Made by a program: the position numbers and the translations under genes. 64,000 nt of DNA from positions 68,572,001 to 68,636,000 of the forward strand of contig NW_027266308.1 of NCBI RefSeq assembly GCF_022045235.1, read 5' to 3'. Below, in pieces: positions 60,569 through 64,000 of this stretch. The notes beneath the pieces are model-generated. The model saw only the letters and a program-made list of their open reading frames with translations. It did not search any database and had not been told where the DNA came from. How positions within the stretch are numbered: position 1 is the stretch's first letter; each line of letters starts with the position of its first letter. Source of the stretch: Haliotis cracherodii. Taxonomy: Eukaryota.

Positions 60569-63409
60569 ATGTCGAGCAGCGCGTGCACCCAGTGCGGTTG
60601 TACCGACATCGACATTGACCAGGCTCGGGGCGATGCAGTCTGTACTAACTGTGGGTCTGTCCTGGAGGACCAGATCATTGTCTCTGAGGTGCAGTTCCAG
60701 GAAAACTCAGCAGGGGGCGCCTCAGTTATAGGCCAGTATGTGTCGCAGGATGGTGAGTTCTGCCTTTATTTGGAGGAACTATGGTCTTAGGGGTGTCCCC
60801 ACTGTCCAAAATAACAGCCTGCCCGTGGCTGGTAACTTTTCTGTCGGACTGCGTGAAATTTTCCTCCGCCTGTCAGACTGTCTGGCAGATAATTTTAGGA
60901 CTACTGATGCATTCAGTTTCATTGTAACTCCTCATAGATTTTAAGTAATTGTTTCCATTATTTCAACTGAATCAAGACGCAATTTGTGACTTATTATTTG
61001 CGATTTTTCAATATTTACAATGTCTGAATGTGGGCAGGTAACTTTGAAGATGGGCAGGCAACATTTGTGGATCACCTGCCAGACTGTCTTGTTGGGTTTT
61101 GAAATTATTTTAAACACTGGGTGTCACAATTAACTGATGCATCACTGCATCCTGAATTTTTACTTGACAATGAGATTCATGATAAGCCTACTCATGTTTG
61201 TTTTTCAAAGATGATTTAGTACGTTGTGCAACAAGTAGAACATGAAAGTAGAGCATGAAAACTACTCCGATAAGTGTCACCTAAACACCCATCACTAAAC
61301 AACGGGCTACATCTGATTGCACAATACCATTAGAAAAAGCCAATCTTAACAGATCATATGAGTCATATGTGATGTAGGCCTATTGTGACCATCCTAATAT
61401 TTTTCTATACATGGAAACAATATTTGAAGCTTAAATTGTTAACCTTGTATTTTTCAACACTTGTTTTCAATTTATTTCTAACCAGGAACCAAGTCTCAGG
61501 GTCTGGGAGGATTTCATCATGGCTTTGCCAGGGAGTCTCGGACCATGACACTACAGAACGGTAATATACCTTTGTTGCCAGTTTTAGACGTAAATATTAA
61601 CTTGAATAACAATACAAAAGAGCCTTTAGGGGTAACAAGATCAAGTTTATTTAATGACATGAACTTGACAACATGACAAGCATGTTATTTCTTGGTAAAA
61701 GGAGGGAGAGTATAATATTCAAGCATATTTGTACACTTCACAACTGTAAACATGGAGCTTACCAACATGATGTTATCTACAAGAAATATAAAAATGCAAG
61801 CATTCTTGTAGCATACACAAAATAGAAGGGCAGGCCCAACAGGAGTTATATTGCCTTTATGAAGGTTATAACAAGTTCCTTCCCAGCGTGTGACACCTTC
61901 ATTACACTCTCGGTAACATTGCTGCCACCAGTGTGGGCGCGGCCATTACAAGAATCTTGAAATTTGCCCTCTAAAGCCAAATGTAGTAATGTTTATACTT
62001 TTGTTTCTGTCTTAGGGAGTGCCATCATAGTGAATTTTGAAAAGGCTTACGACTGACCATATTTCCCAGATAAATTTACCTTTTGGTTTGTTTGGTTGGA
62101 TTGGTTTGAGTTTGCAGATGAATGTGAAATCAACCAACCTCTGCCTTACATTCTAACCTCATCAGTTACATGATAGTTGTAATGAAACATAAACTCAAAC
62201 TGACAAAGAAAGAAAATGATTTAGCAGGGGTAAGAGTATTCGGCGTCACAACTGTAATCACAACGGTCACTCTGTTGCGAGTTCAACTCCAAGCATAGTT
62301 GTAGCCACCTTTCACTGTGGGGAGCTTTGACTAGTGGCAGCGATAGTATATAGTACACATTATCAGAAGGAATTATCTCCCCTTGACCTGGTCAATAATG
62401 GGGTTACTTTGTTGAACATACTGGTAAACATGGAAGATGGGAAAACAAGACGTGCATCGTGATCCAACTGAGTACGAATGAGTGGCACAGTCCAGTTTCC
62501 ATGGATACATGAACACTGATGACAGTTTACATCTTCACAGTTAGGGAGCAATCATTTAGATAAGTAAAAATAATGAACTGTATTCTTTGGAAAATAATCT
62601 GCAAGAAAAGGCCAATTATTATTTTTGCGAGGTATAGGTTATTTGTTTTCAGTAAATCAGCGGCTTGAGATTCCTGTTTTAGAAAACATTCCTTGTGAGA
62701 GAGTGGCATCATCACCTGGATTAGCACGTACATTTACAATACATCACTTCTTTGTAAAGGTAAGAAAAAGATCCAGCAGCTTGGTGCCCAGATGAAGCTG
62801 AACCAACACTGCATCGACACGGCCTTCAACTTCTTCAAGATGGCCGTCACCAAGAGGCTTACTAGGGGACGCAAGACGAATAATGTCATTGCAGCATGTT
62901 TGTATCTGGTGTGCAGAACAGAAGGAACACCTCATATCCTTTGTATTAATATCTAGCTGATTATGGTGAGGTCTTTTGTTTGTTTATTAGTTGTTTAATG
63001 CCACACTTCGCAATGTTCAAGCTATATTACGGTGGTCTGTCAGTGATTGACATCATGAGCATCGATTTATGCAACTGAGCATAGTCACTTCTTATGGCAA
63101 ACATAGGTTGCTGAAGACCTATTCTCTACCCGGATTTTTATGGGGTTTAACATCGAGTTCAAGATAATTGTACTAACGATGTGTGTGCGTGTCTGCCTCA
63201 CATGGTCAAACCACCGACTGTCCCCTCTCTGGGCACATGCTCTATCCTGTCTCGATAGGGTGTAACCAGGATGATACGACTTTAATTAAATACACATAAA
63301 CCATGTTAAGTATTGTGAATCCTGGCTGAAACACTGTTACAGTGTGTCCTTTTCATTATGTTCCTTATCTGCAGTACATATGTTGTTGGACTTCAGTGAT
63401 TTGTTACAG
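60569..63409 (+). CDS. BRF1: Transcription factor IIIB 90 kDa subunit BRF1, 5' part (gene continues beyond the window)
   Basis: Exons 60569-60752 (TFIIB Zn ribbon CTQCG…[23 protein letters not shown]), 61486-61560 (…ESRTMTLQN), 62760-62933 ([26 protein letters not shown]…[14 protein letters not shown]), 63378-63409 ([11 protein letters not shown]). The intron between the last two is AT-AC. An untranslated first exon probably ends at 59586. Confidence 0.95.
60810..61120. mobile_element. Dispersed DNA-transposon-like repeat; inverted relative at ~14405-14840
   Basis: GGTAACTTTGAAGATGGGCAGGCAACATTT is the reverse complement of ~14430-14460; 60815-60900 matches 14748-14835. Confidence 0.6.
62934..63377 (+). 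other. U12-type (minor spliceosome) AT-AC intron in BRF1
   Basis: 5' end ATATCCTTTG matches the U12 donor consensus; branch-like TTCCTTATC at 63361-63369; ends in AC. Removal restores [15 protein letters not shown]. Confidence 0.93.
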
Positions 63410-63516
63410 GTTAGTACAATGTTTTATTCATGAGTACACAATGTCCTGCCCACTCTTAGTGTCCCCAGTAATGATTTTTCTGCAATATTGAACAGTGCTT
63501 TATTCATCAAAAGACC

Positions 63517-63791
63517 GGGGGCACGGGTGGCCCAGTTGTCTAAGGCACCGCCATTCGCTGTGCAGAGTTGCGTCCCTTGGGCACGCCAGAAACCTATGAT
63601 TGTGGGTTCGAATCCCGGTTATGTTTCTAGGTTTGTCAGCACCATACCCGTGCTCGTGGGTTTCACCAAAGTGGTAAACGTCTGAGACCTGCATCACTTC
63701 GGGCTTTCCTCCCACATTAAGCTGACATGCCGCGATATAACTGGAATACTGTTAAAAGCGGCGTCAAACCAACTCACTCAATCACTCTTTA
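63517..63791 (+). mobile_element. tRNA-derived SINE, family A (in a BRF1 intron)
   Basis: A/B boxes; 11-bp TSD ATCAAAAGACC (63506-63516 / 63792-63802). Confidence 0.9.
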
Positions 63792-64000
63792 ATCAAAAGA
63801 CCTGTATTTTGGGATGGTTATAAATGGACTTGTGCATGTTCCAAGTGCACTGGAGTCTGATTCAATTTTAGCATGTCTGTCACAGTTCACAATGTATTTT
63901 GACTCATTACTTGTTCATGTGAGCGTACATGCCAGATAACAGAGTGAGTCTATAGTTAAAACAGAAGCCTCTGGTTTTGAGGGAGTTTTCCAAAATTCCT

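Noticed and set aside
61561-61575. Second U12 donor in BRF1 (GTAATATACCTT)
   Set aside because: Does not match GTATCCTT; treated as an ordinary U2 intron.

Overview
This is eukaryotic (metazoan) genomic DNA. It is AT-rich and intron-rich, with many SINEs, MITEs and minisatellites; the repeat content suggests a mollusc, possibly abalone-like (inference only). Four spliced protein-coding genes can be reconstructed by hand, arranged as two head-to-head pairs. Pair 1: a minus-strand adaptor-like protein with a low-complexity N-terminus, a KSTQT motif and a C-terminal MyD88/IRAK-type death domain (~21193->11995), divergent from ABCB10, a mitochondrial ABC half-transporter with 12 coding exons (21762-40256). 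Pair 2: a BTB-BACK-Kelch protein (56294->54075), divergent from BRF1 (TFIIIB subunit; 60569 to beyond the window end), which contains a U12-type AT-AC intron. Most long ORFs in the supplied track are artefacts of tandem repeats. The most unusual signals are: (a) tandem arrays that have amplified real splice sites at four exon boundaries, with frame-preserving unit lengths; (b) a headless, TSD-bounded retroposon family whose 5' end folds into a pseudoknot resembling part of an HDV-ribozyme core; (c) a hAT-type MITE carrying a copy of a nearby exon fragment; (d) a Pol III-type element in BRF1 intron 1. There is one assembly gap (36035-36168).
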